DNA of 64,000 bases from Glycera tridactyla. Lineage: Eukaryota. Under the pieces are notes generated by a model. That model was not told the DNA's origin. It saw only the letters and a list, made by a program, of their open reading frames with translations, and ran no database searches. The stretch spans positions 43,400,001 to 43,464,000 of the forward strand of contig OZ286466.1 of assembly GCA_965644265.1 (NCBI GenBank), written 5' to 3'. A program made the translations under genes and the position numbers. Below, piece after piece: positions 26,452 to 39,373 of this stretch. Every line of letters begins with the position of its first letter. The first letter of the stretch is position 1.

Positions 26452-27039
26452 CTGGAAACAGAAAAATTTTAAGCAAACATTAATGAATGACGACAATGCA
26501 TTTTGTCCCCATACAGCTGAGACAAGTGCATCACAATGACAATTCTGGGATGGGAAAAAACAGATATGATTAGTTGAAATCATTTCAGCATAACAATGAC
26601 AAATTCAACAACAATGGCCTTGGCTGCTGTAGACAGGCATTGTCAATGAGTGAATTTTACGTCTGACATATTGTCTGACCATGATCAAAACTTTCTTTAA
26701 ATGTGGTTAGCATCATCTATACTCTCGCCAGAATTGAATTCCATTTCTTTATCGATCAGATTGATTCCCCGGCTCGGATTTGAAAGACAAAATATCCAGA
26801 GAAAATATTGGGATCATTCTCGAGAACAATTTTGTCAGGTTCTCTTACCCATGGTTATAATCAAGAAAAACATCATTAAGAAAGGTGAGTAACAGTCCTA
26901 TTTTGAGTGGGGCCATCAGAGGGAGATAGTACCTGATGATATGATCGATAATCTCAAGGAGATAATCCGGTGAATAGAATTGATACACGATCCTTAATCT
27001 GATCCGATTCACTCTTATCAACAGCTGAGGCTACTGTCG

Positions 27040-27234
27040 NNNNNNNNNNNNNNNNNNNNNNNNNNNNNNNNNNNNNNNNNNNNNNNNNNNNNNNNNNNNN
27101 NNNNNNNNNNNNNNNNNNNNNNNNNNNNNNNNNNNNNNNNNNNNNNNNNNNNNNNNNNNNNNNNNNNNNNNNNNNNNNNNNNNNNNNNNNNNNNNNNNNN
27201 NNNNNNNNNNNNNNNNNNNNNNNNNNNNNNNNNN
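27040..27234. other. Assembly gap (195 N)
   Basis: N run. Confidence 1.
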
Positions 27235-27570
27235 GCCTCCCTTAAGTAGATAATCTCCATATGTACAGCTTCTAATAGGATCAGGCTTAGGTTTCATATA
27301 GATGCCATTTACATATCACTTAAAAGGTGGGAAAATGCTCAGATGTCACTGAAGTGGTACTTGTCCTTGCCAGAATTAGTCCTTCCTACTTTCTCACAGC
27401 AATGCCATTTTCCTGTAAAAACCTTTACCTTTCCCAATTAATGATTGATTGAGTAAAACCAGGTGCATCATATGGATAATAGTATGTATACATGACACAT
27501 GACTAATATTCAGTATCACTCTTCTCACATATAGTAGCAGGTACTGAGGCCTTCAATCCATTCATGCAAT

Positions 27571-27672
27571 GGAAGGGGAGAGAGGGGGGAAGGAGGGAAA
27601 GAGAGGGAGAGGGAGAGAGTGGGAGAGGGAGAGGGCAGAGAGCAGAGAGAGAGAGGGGGACAGAGGAGGAAA
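27571..27672 (+). repeat. GA-rich polypurine tract
   Basis: Directly visible. Confidence 0.93.
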
Positions 27673-30600
27673 CCATGCATGGGTGCCTGATGGAGCGATG
27701 GTAAAGCAGGCAATGCAGTCAGGAGAACCGGGAGCCCCGGTCAGACTACACTCATCAATATGGAGCTGCTGGCCGGCTATAATCATAAACATAGAGAAGC
27801 ACGACACACCATCCACCACGATCCGCATAATTCGGCTGGCTATCACGTACTCTTAACCCTCTACAACTGACCTGATACCACCTATGACTAGAATTGGACT
27901 ATGCAAGCAAATTGAACCATCCAAAATAAAAGCAAATCGGCCTGAATTAAAATGACTACTTCATTACACACCATCCTAAAAACACATCTACTAAACACAT
28001 CTTGATATAATTGATGTACCATTTACAGAGAAAAATAAGGATAGCTGTTCCATGCCCTTGGGTAACTTATTTTAATTGAAATATCCGGCAGAAAAGCATG
28101 AAACCCTACAGTAGCTTTTGTACGAGTCTCTTCAAACTCTGCCCATGGTGGCATGGAAATGTTTGAAATCCACCTGAGCACATCAAAATCGACAGTCCCA
28201 AAGATTCCTATGCTCGTACCTGCGATGAGCAAAAGCTTATTGCCATCTCAAATCATGAACATTCAAGAACATTTGAGAACCAAAACATGAATTTGCTAAA
28301 ATCTTGATACTTGATAGTCGATAGCATTTCTCATCATTTTCCCACTGTGAATCGCTGAGATATTATATGAATTCTAGTGTGGTGGGGGTCAACCTGCAAA
28401 ATGATCTCTGGGCTGTTCCGCAATGCTGGAGTGGCATCGCCCAACACTGCAATATCCAAATGACGTGTATGCATATTCCCATGTGGCGTCAATGTAAAAG
28501 CTTTGTGCCACTATGCAGGCCCTACGCCGGGCCTCGTCAGACCACCTAGTGCAACAGGCCTCTTTAAGGCTTGATGCGCGACCCGTTTAGAGTTGGGTTG
28601 TGCTGCGTAACACCGCCCCTGGGTCTCACTAGCTCTGTTTTATCGGGTGGCAGCGATCTCCGTACGAGTCCCCAGGGCTAGCTGTGTGTAGATAGAGCCG
28701 CTCTAGTTATCGCTTTTTGTGCAGGCGAAGTGCTCCCTAAATTATCACAAAATTGGCACTGATGACTGTTCAAGATTAACATACTCCAAACAACACTACC
28801 GGAGACCTGGCTTTACTGAATCACAAATGAGAATGGGATTCAAATGGCAAGTGATTCTCTTCAATACCTCCACGAAGCAAAACCAGTTGTACCACCATGA
28901 AATCAATCACAAAACATTGATTCCGATATCTTCATCAACACTAGTAAACTCATCCAGAGTGGGCATAGATTTCCGCGAAAATTCATGGGAACAGAGAGAT
29001 GTATTAGTATTCAAAATAACATAGACTGAACAAGATCAATATCTGGTATTCGTCTCGAAGAATATATGTAAATATTTTAAAATCTACATGAATTTGTATT
29101 TATCATGTGATTACAGGAAGTCAAATAACAGTCATCCACGATGAATTTCCGGGAGGGGCAAGTCACGTGTCCCTCGGAGCAAACCTCATTTTTAATGCCT
29201 GCCTATTTACATAATTAGACCATTAGGAGAACACTAATCACTGTGAGTGTGGGGGTGAAAAATACCAACAAATGATTTCCATAACTAGTCAAAACCAATA
29301 ATAGTTCCCAATAAACATAAAACGACCATGGAAACTACATCACAGTTATCCACAAACTACACAGGAGGTTAGGGATGAACTTTCAATCAGTAATCAACCA
29401 GTAACCAATACATAGCTTGTTTCCACATGCCATGTATTCTTCATTACTTACAGCATGTGTGAGATGAAGAATACATTACAAACACAGATAAATAATAACT
29501 TTACAGACAATAAATTTGCACATTTTATCATTTCGCAGAGAACGGAAATTGTTGAGTCAACACAGACATGTATTTGGCGATCTGTTAATTGATGTAAATG
29601 GGTCAGCTGATGCCAATTTCTAAGACTGCATTTGGTCTCGGCTGACATGCCTTAACGTGATCATGCAACTGAGAGCGCATAATAAACATTATTTCATTTC
29701 AGCGATGGTATAAAGTACATGAGGAATTAGAGAAATGCGTTCAGCTCCCCGGAGACTCTCGTGTACGGCTCCGATAGTTCGGTCTATGAGCCCCATGTGA
29801 CTTGTAACCGCGCAATCAACTGCGTGACTGAAATATAGTGAACTCTGTGGCGCTCCGACTAATCCCTTATATCATACGGAGATATGTAGCACAGCGGGAA
29901 TGGATGACAGAAATGGATACCCTCGAAACATGACGAGCATTTGATCGCACCCTTGGATGGAATATCAATGCGTCAGATCACACATCGATGGATTCAAAGA
30001 GAATATCGACCCTTAATAGCCACACCCAATTAGGTAATCATCCACCATATCACAATACGCTATACTTAATCGCCCCCTCCCTCAACCCATTCTATTAGTA
30101 TTTCTGAAATCCTTTTTATCTAAAGAACGTGATCGAGGACTATTTTGATACAGTGGTGTATATTTCTGATCAATATTCAGACTGCAGAGTGATTACAGTT
30201 GAAATTCCGTGAGAAACCATGCAACAAGCCAACAAAGACAACCCAAGCAATGACCACGAAAGCATTTTATTTAGTGAACATCCTTGCAACAGAAGCCCTG
30301 TTTACGAAAGCCACTTTTACATATGACTGGCTGTGGTCCTTACACCTTCAACTGTGAATCAAATGCAACATCGGCATTCTCCAGCCAGAAGGATGCCCCA
30401 AGCCTATTATCCCATATTTTTTTTCCTTCAACCCCATTAACATTCCTTATTGATTTACCAAATATCTTTTGCTTCATGAGTCACCCATTTAGCCACACTG
30501 GGTATCAAATCAAAATCAGGTATCAAATTCAAATTGCATTTGATGAGATTGCATCAGACTGCAAACAATCGTTCTTATGCTCAACCCTAACTGTATCAAA

Positions 30601-33469
30601 AGGTCCCTGGGCACTTATTAGGTTAATCATGTGTCAAATGTTGAAAACTTGTGCACTCATATATGACAGGCGCCCCTGGGAATAACTTATCACATACACA
30701 CACACATACAATCTCAAATCATGTATATATAATTGGCAGCAACATGTGGTGGAGTGTGTTTATAGATAAACTTAAGTGGCCATCAAAGCACTTCAAGTGA
30801 ACCTCACCCTAGATAATACACAGATACGCATACACTTCGCGAACTTGTTGTCTTACTATACAAATTGCCTGTTTGATTACGGCTTCTACGGATTCGCGAT
30901 CCAGCCACTTCAGTCTCGATTCTGACATCTCGAAGTACTTATTGATAAATGAGCAAGATTGAATTATCAGTCAATACACTAAGTTTATGATCGAGTTGAA
31001 ATTCAAAACTTATCTTGGAAAACAATTGATGGAAAGTTCCATGATGTTCACTGATCCAACACAAAAGATGCGGATTCCGATGAAACAGTGACGCCATGTC
31101 GAAATTCAAAAACCTTTCCACATATAAACTGAAGATAGGGATATAATGCTGAAAATAGAATCCAGGCACTGAGAAATATCCATCATTTGTCAGAAAAAAG
31201 TGGAAATAGGAGTAACATCCAGTGGGGTTTATTTTTCGAAGTGATACCAAGAACTGAATCCCATGAAACACGTCTGATGATGAAGGCACTGCCACTCAGA
31301 ATTTGTGTCATATTGAACCAAAAAAATATCACCTGAAATATTAGCATGATGCTCCAGTGACGGGAAATTCTAATCATATATGCCTAACTATCCAGAGAAA
31401 ATTATAATTACAAGATTTTAAGCCCTCCCAAAAACAGTCTATATGTATACTACAACTTCCAACAACTCATGTTAAGAGCGACATTGATTTTGATAGTAAA
31501 GAAAGGGTTGGAGCAGATATTTCGAGACTCAGAGAAGACCACATCGAGACAAAATAAAAAGTTTCTTATCAAACTGCTTCAATCTTTTTCAAGTTTAAAC
31601 CTGATTATTACAGTCGACTCCATGTTGTAGGGGGCCCCTTGTGCTGTTCTATATGTACAAGAGTTTGATGAGAAATGACAATGTTTGTGATACGCAATCG
31701 GGGCTCGGATCCCCAGGGGGCGACCTCTCCAAATATATACGTCTATTGTTTACCTCCGATTCAGTCGCATTGTGTTTTACTGTTGATTGCCTTGTCATGT
31801 GATACTAGCAGCGGGTCTCTTAACACACCAAACAAGCCCCCTAGCACATCACTCACACTTGCAATGATTCTTCCAGGGAATAGAAATGTCTGTTCGTCTT
31901 GAGATCGCTGACAGTGTGGCATGGCAGCATAGGTGTGCACAATTCTAAGCCCCAAAATTCTTCGATTCCCGGGCTTTGAAATTCTTCAATTCCTATTTCC
32001 AGCAACCCAGATTGGACTGATAATGCTTAAGACGCACTTCTGTCAGGGGGAATTCCTTGCTCTTTGGTGAAGGCATAGTGGAGCATAGACATTCAAAATT
32101 CAACATGCATTGGCTGTGTAATCTTGAACAACCTTAGTTGCCTAAAAATATGAAAAGAGCGTGGATAACATCATGAAGGAACAAGTATAGAGAATTTCCA
32201 TTAATCACATGACTGGGTATTAAAAAATTCTCACTCTCTCTCAACACCAATCCTAAAGGACGGCAACTATTTCACCTCATGTTTAAAAGATGAAAGGCAA
32301 AACTAAAGACATTTCTATAATTTCATCACAATAATATGTTCATCTAAACAATCTTGCATATCAAGAGTCAGCACCTGAAGTTTGTTCAGTTACTGATGGT
32401 ACTCATACATACTTGACACCATCGGCCAAGATGCTGAAAGGAGCTCTCCTGTTCTGGAGGAGATAATGAAGTTAATCAGCCAGTTCATCAATCAGTCTAC
32501 AATGTAAAGTTCGGGTCTTCACTTCTGATCAAAGCAAGTAGGATGCTTAAGAGATTCCAATGTTCAATCCATACTTTGGTTTCATTCCTATCCAAAAACA
32601 TCAAACAGAAAATTTGAGAACAGATGCTATGCATATATTTCCGAAGATTGACTAACATCTGGAAATCTCCTCATGATGGTGAAGATGGTTGGGAGGTGAC
32701 ATACTTTGTTCTGATGGGATGGGGAAATAAATGCTGAGAGAAATGGGTTGGCACTTGTGTCAGGGTACAATCCAATTGTTTGGCACCAAGTGGGATAGCT
32801 CTGCATGTCAAACAGCTGATAAACAGTTGGCCTTTGATAAACAATCCCTGTGCACTGTCACACATCCTAATGAAACAGGGACACCCTCAGTGAGACACTT
32901 TCAGTTGGACCCTAAAGGTACCCGAACCCTAAATGTACCCACATCCGTGGTTTATGCACTCACAGTACTTGAGTTTTCTCCAAAGTAATTGACAATCAGG
33001 TCAAACCACTAGGGCTGAGGGGATGAATCAGGTGTTTGAGTCAGGTTTTACATGCTGTAAATACCAAATGGGTTTTATATGAAGGCAAAAATTCATGAAA
33101 TTCACAGACACTCAAGGTGTCATTTCTATCAGATATTTTTCTGAGGTTAGTGCGTGAAACATAATGGTCACATTTGAATTTGGATTGGAGGGAGTTGACA
33201 TTTCCTTCATGGTTGGAGCATATGGGGGTAGTATAGACGAAGAGATTTGAATTTGAATTTGAATTTGAATTGGTTAGTGGGGGACAAGGGTTGGTGTTGG
33301 ATGTGGGCTGATGAGGTGAATGAGGCCGATAGCCAGGTGGAGTCTAGCACGTCCCTCGATGGCCATAGAGCGGTGTTTAGTGAGCATTGTGGTGTGATCA
33401 CTTGCTCTCTCGATGCTCCTCAAGTCCACCATACAACTGGACTCACTACATAATAGTCCATGAACACAT

Positions 33470-33470
<1 letters not shown>

Positions 33471-33536
<66 letters not shown>
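33471..33536. repeat. (GT)n microsatellite
   Basis: Directly visible; source of the poly-CV/TH ORFs. Confidence 0.97.
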
Positions 33537-33539
<3 letters not shown>

Positions 33540-33571
33540 TATGTGCATGCATACATGTGTGTACACCTGTG

Positions 33572-33704
33572 NNNNNNNNNNNNNNNNNNNNNNNNNNNNN
33601 NNNNNNNNNNNNNNNNNNNNNNNNNNNNNNNNNNNNNNNNNNNNNNNNNNNNNNNNNNNNNNNNNNNNNNNNNNNNNNNNNNNNNNNNNNNNNNNNNNNN
33701 NNNN
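33572..33704. other. Assembly gap (133 N)
   Basis: N run. Confidence 1.
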
Positions 33705-33980
33705 TGTGCGCAGCGCACACACACATAATAAGTCTAAGGGCAAATGGGCATGCCCACAGGAATGCTAGCATTGCCCACCCACCCTCCTCCCTCTCCCGTC
33801 CACCCACCCATCCTAATGACAGCTCTACATAGCAACAGCTGGCATTCCTGCAGTGGAGGCCATCACTTCTCACTAACTAATAGTCATGTTTACCGCTAAT
33901 TTACACACCACCAACTTGGCAACACCCCCCTACACAACATCCCACTTGTAAGCCTCTACACTCCCTTCATCAACCTGCTT

Positions 33981-34168
33981 ACATCTACATCTATAGTCTC
34001 TTCGTTTCAACAAGGTGTAACTCTTCTTTGAAATCTATATCTATAGCCTCTTCATCTCAGATGATGTAACTCTCCATTGAAATCTACATCTATAGTGTCT
34101 TCACTTCAAGAAAATCTTCTTTGAAATCTATATCTATAGTCTCTTCATGTCATTTCTACGTTGAAATC
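33981..34168. repeat. Diverged minisatellite, about four units of 40-50 bp
   Basis: ATCTA(C/T)ATCTATAG(T/C)(C/G)TCTTC core at 33983, 34033, 34082 and 34126. Confidence 0.8.
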
Positions 34169-35022
34169 CAGTCTTCTCAAATAAATCTGGTTGCACAGTG
34201 TTAATGCTGGTCTTCAGCCAGTTAGCCAGGGGCTACAGTGACACTCATTTGACTAATCAAATTGAAATGGCTTTATTTAAACAGGCTAACAAAAATGAGT
34301 ACAGAGACTGTAACCTCTCGGATAGCTCATGTAGTCGGAAATATTCAGTAAAGACTCTACCCGTTTTTATTCCACGATCAAATCAGTGAAGGGTTATGCG
34401 TTTTTGAGATCACTTTTGCATGTGTCACACACAACTTTTCTCATTACACACTCCCTCGATTGCACCATGAATGGAGCTCTGTTTCTATTCAAGAGCCCTG
34501 CTCTTTTTCATCCCTCGTTTTTCTGGTAATCCTTTCTTCTCTTTCATGTTTTGATGAGGCCTTTCTTCTCTCTCTGAGTTATCACACTCTAATGACCCTG
34601 GAGCTACAAAAGCAGCTGTTTAATTTGTAATCATGGTGAAAGCAGACTGCCAAACACTTCACCATGCTTATTTAACACTTGTACATGAATGCTGATTTTT
34701 ACACCCTACGCATACTTAATCAATCAGCACTTGTTGAATGAAAGATATGGGATGGATACGGAGATGGATCCTCTTCACTTTAATTCATTACAGCAGCTCA
34801 TAGAGGATAGAAAACAGAACTTGGATGGATTTAACCACAATAATCCATCATCTTGGACAGCCAGTGTGAGAAAAGCAACACCCCTCTTTAGCACATAAAC
34901 ATAATAAGTATGGCACAGGGGGAGTAGCATCAAACTACACTTATCTGACTTTGATAATACCTCAAACCTTGCAATGAGTAGCTATTGATTATTGAGATGT
35001 TTCCCCACTCTTGATATCCATA

Positions 35023-35233
35023 CAAGAGCTTGACACTAAGTTTTCAGCTCCCTTGCCCTATTGAGCAAGCACTCACCGCAACTTACTTGCCTAAACAGCA
35101 AGTGTACTTGCCCCACCTATTTGAACTTTACCAAAAACCCTGAGATTAATTTGCCATATGCAGAAATATGAATGGTAATCCACTTACCCAAACACAAAAG
35201 TGGACTTGCCACGGACAATAGGCCATTCGTTAA
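35023..35233. mobile_element. Partial hAT-like MITE
   Basis: Left end CAAGAGCTTGACACTAA resembles CAGGGCTCTACGCTAA of 53647; internal repeated ACTTGCC motifs; right TIR lost. Confidence 0.5.
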
Positions 35234-36012
35234 CAACAATCGATATACCTAAATATTATTGTAGGATTCACAAGCAACTGATATTCCATCAAATATTACA
35301 AAATGGCATGTCATTCACTGTGCTTGTTGAAGAACTGAAGGATGAAATCCTTCCTCTGTGAAAGAAAAAGAGAATAGTACTGTCTCACACCCACCATTCC
35401 CAGCCTACGAAAAACAAAAGCTTGCAAAACAATACATCTTGGCCAGTAAGGCCGAGACACAATCACAAACTGGAGATTAGAGATAGGGACTGGTGGACAG
35501 TGCGGAGGGGCTGGAGTGACCTCCAGAACTACTGAAGGTCACACACTCTACTGTAAATATTGATAGTTTTGATGGACCAGTTCGTGATATCTTCCCAGCC
35601 TGTGTTCTGACACGTCAATCTTGTTTGAAGCCTGCTTGGAGGAGCGTTTTATCCCGCTTCAATGCAAACACTCAGCCAGTTTGCACCTGTGTGCGCATGT
35701 TTATCCACGTTTATAGGTACTATTTTCCTTGTAAAGTGTCACTCTGTGACAGCATTTAATGTATTATTTGTTACCTTGCCTACCACTTCTCTTTTTCCCC
35801 CAACGCCTGACATATATTCATATTATATGTCTGGAAGCCGTTTTTACTTAACCCCTTGATCAGATAAAGTGACTCAAAAATATCATAATCTTCTTGATCA
35901 TCACCTAAAGTAAAACCATGTCTAAATATCCACCTCCCTTGCGTGACCATGTGTCACATAACAGGTGAGGTAGAGATTGCACCTGCCTTCCTCAAAGGTT
36001 TCACCATGAAAG

Positions 36013-36280
36013 AAGAGGTGGTCTCTTGTGAGGGCAGGGATAATTTTGTCCTGTGCCCTGTGGCAAATGGCACAAAGTTGTGAAAGGGCATATTAAACCA
36101 TATATCTTGTGCCCAGAAGGCACATATAATTTTCCATATTTTGATATGATTACATGGTTTGAGGCACACACAAATCCGAAATGGCACATGAAATCTGCAT
36201 CAATGTGCCCGAAAGACCCATACATATTCCCGAGCAAGAAAATCCCTGTGAGGGGGTCTCGTGTCACGGGTTTCAAGGAA
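36013..36280. mobile_element. Tc1/mariner-type MITE end (subfamily B) interrupted by a hAT-like MITE
   Basis: Removing 36035-36254 restores GAGGTGGTCTCTTGTGAGGGGGTCTCGTGTCACGGGTTTCA, similar to the reverse complement of the 21264 and 15522 ends. Confidence 0.7.
36035..36248. mobile_element. hAT-like MITE, 214 bp, 6-bp TSD (TGAGGG)
   Basis: TGAGGG|CAGGGATAATTTTG ... CAAGAAAATCCCTG|TGAGGG; internal TGTGCCC/GGCACA repeats. Confidence 0.75.
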
Positions 36281-37909
36281 AAAATAGAGTGTCAAGGATG
36301 CAGAAAGTTGATGGGTTACACAAGTAGATAGAAACGAGATGGGTGCATCAATCATGTTGCCATGTGTAAATCAATTAGACTTCATTATACAGACCAGTCA
36401 CTCATCTTCATCATTTAGTCATGTTTTATTATCCACCATCCATATATTGCCCACATCCACATTTATTCTCGTATCCACGTTCATTCCCAATTTTGAGCTA
36501 CGTAAGCAGCTGAGAATGGGGAAGTAACACGGAAAATTCCATACGCAGAAAATAATGAATACTTCTTCGAGTATATCCTTGATTCAGATTATGTGAAATC
36601 AGTGTATGATGGATATTTTGGTTGATTTGACAGAGCTATTCATAGCATGAAGATTGACAAATTCTAACAATAGACCACCCTTACATGCCCCCATCACTAC
36701 CTATCTCACCCATGCTATGGGCTAAATATTTAATGGGAGTCAATCAGTGGGGCCATAAGCATAAATACATAATGCAGCCCAACACATCTGTCAATAATAG
36801 ACAGGTTGCGGGGTTTGCCCGGTTCAATCAGTACTTTGTGCAAGATATTGCCACAAAATGCATGGGAGCCAAATATTTTGCACTCAGGCACATTTCCATA
36901 AAATGCATGGCACCAAAATATTTTGCAGTCTACAAAATCAGCTGAATCACTTAATCAGATTTATGACAGGGACATGTGCGCGACTGGATACAAGCATGCT
37001 GATGAAATTCATAGACTCCACTATCGATATCATCATTCAAGCCTGCATGACTGCTAACACTAAGTTTGAAGTATTTCTCAATGCAGGCATTCAACACATT
37101 CAACTTTGTGTCACTTGCTCAATTCAGATCCATAGTGAAATTCCTCCACAAGCTGGATTATGAAGGACAACATGAACTTTTGAGGAAATATACAGTTGTA
37201 TAGTTGTTTGATTGATCTTTAGCAAATGATGAACGACTGATCACAACTATCACCTTTGGATATAATCCGACCATTGTAATGACTAAAAATTTCTTCTCCT
37301 GATGATGGAGTATCAGCAAATATCTGTTCAATGATTAATCACTCACATATATTTCACTCACTTCCATCGATTGAAAGACTCTGTGAACCCCCTCTGTACA
37401 AAGCCACCCCACCGTTCTCAAACCCAAACTCAATGTGATGTCTATCGCACATGAGTTCGGGGGAAAAAATGCATGTACTTGATCCGCATATCGTGAGTGC
37501 ATATTTTTGTTGGTAGATACATTTTCACAACTACAACAGTGGTCTGATCAGGACAAGATAGAGGTGTTATAGATAATGCATACGCACTCAGCAAGGATTC
37601 AGGTGAACTTCCCATCAAGCTGCGATAAACAGCACCGAAAATCCACTGTTTATAGTGATAGAGAGAGTTATGTCAATAAGGGGCCAGGCATATCATACCA
37701 TGTGGTTTTTATGCAGCTCGTGTACACATTGCCAACAAAAACATTCAGCCAACAGTTAAATGCCTGCTGATATGTGCATGCTAGCAAGCTCCCAGTATCG
37801 GCTTCTCTTGGCCTGTATTAAAAATCAAGTAAAGTTTGCACTGGGGTTGGAAGTGGATGGTGGATAAATAAATATTGGATAGAAAGGACATGCTACTTAG
37901 CAGTTCACT

Positions 37910-37910
<1 letters not shown>

Positions 37911-37981
<71 letters not shown>

Positions 37982-38013
37982 CGTGCGTGTGCATGTGTGT
38001 GTGTGAGTGAGTG
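37911..38013. repeat. (GT)n/(GCGT)n/(GTGA)n compound microsatellite
   Basis: Directly visible. Confidence 0.95.
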
Positions 38014-38019
38014 AGTATG

Positions 38020-38070
38020 AGTGTGTAACTGGAAGGTTGATGGTTCAAATCCCATACAAGCCAAAAAATA
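38020..38070 (+). mobile_element. tRNA-derived SINE head remnant
   Basis: B-box-like GGTTCAAATCC at 38042-38052 in a GGAAGGTTGATGGTTCAAATCCCA context; no A-box or cloverleaf. Confidence 0.35.
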
Positions 38071-38156
38071 ATTTGGGCATTTGGAACACATTTCATGGAC
38101 CTATTGCCAGTACAATCTGGAAATATGTCTCTGACATGATTTCTATCACTAAAAAA

Positions 38157-38157
<1 letters not shown>

Positions 38158-38222
<65 letters not shown>
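38158..38222. repeat. (GT)n(GA)n microsatellite
   Basis: Directly visible. Confidence 0.95.
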
Positions 38223-38223
<1 letters not shown>

Positions 38224-39123
38224 TAGGCATGCATGCGTGTGCTTCTGCATGCATGCACCCACACATATAGTTTGGCATGCAGGCATGCATGCATAAGATA
38301 GGATGCACGTCCACAATACATGCAGGTGACTGTGACTGTATAGGAATAAGTGAAACTGTCCCTCTGGACTACATCTGAGCTTATATGGAAAATATAAGAA
38401 CTGAGAATGAAAACATGGACAGGACTTCATCGAAACAAGATAAAAACATTAATAGAGAACCTGAATCAGATACCAGATGCCAGACCACCCAGCGAGTGGC
38501 AAGAAAACAAAACACATACACACCAGACACAAGTAACAACTCCCAAAACCCACCCCATGCAGTCTCCAGTAAAACTCGGATGAGATGATCCACAAAACAA
38601 CCACATTGTTCACACAATCCATTCCACAACTATTAACATGAACACGCCATTCTGGGATGTATCTTCAAGCCCCACTTTCACCAGAATCTAAGTCAAACTT
38701 CGAACCAGAATTGGGAATGAATTTCACCAACAGGAGTGTTTTTCACTGATTCTGCAAGTACACTTCGATAGAGTATCAAATCATTCATGGGTGCTCTGAG
38801 ATCGTAGTGAAATAGGTCCCTGGACCATTTTTTCAAGTGCCTGAGGTAATTTTGGTTAGTACAAGCATGCCTTTCACAAGGTATCATTAGCAGAATCAGC
38901 CAGGCTTTGAAGAAATTAAGCCGGGTGAAAAAGTGGCAGGAGATCATAACATAGATAGAGTGGGTAGTGTTACATACCACAGATATAAGAGGATTGGCTC
39001 AGATGGCACAGATAAAACATGACATTTAATTTGTTTAACCCTCACCAGATCTTATCTCGCTTCTCTCATGATCAACATTCAATGTGTATCATTCTCCACA
39101 ACCCTTTCTGCATGAATCTTGAT

Positions 39124-39373
39124 TATACAACTATTCAGTGTCATTATACACCTATTCCGTGTCATTATACACCTATTCAGTGTCATCATACACCTATTCA
39201 GTGTCATCATACACCTATTCAGTGTCATCATACACCTATTCCGTGTCATCATACACCTATTCAGTGTCATTATACACCTATTCAGTGTCATCATACACCT
39301 ATTCAGTGTCATCATACACCTATTCAGTGTCATCATACACCTATTAAGTGTCATCATACACCTATTAAGTGTC
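39124..39373. repeat. 21-bp minisatellite, 12 units
   Basis: Consensus (C/T)ATACACCTATTCAGTGTCAT; variants TTCCG in units 2 and 6, TTAAG in units 11 and 12. Confidence 0.97.

Noticed and set aside
37795-37820. Resemblance to the U2 snRNA 5' end
   Set aside because: Only a short gapped match; no branch-point-pairing region or Sm site follows.
38020-38070. Intact tRNA gene
   Set aside because: B-box only; no A-box, acceptor stem or cloverleaf.
39124-39373. 21-bp array as a CRISPR
   Set aside because: The units are directly adjacent, with no unique spacers.
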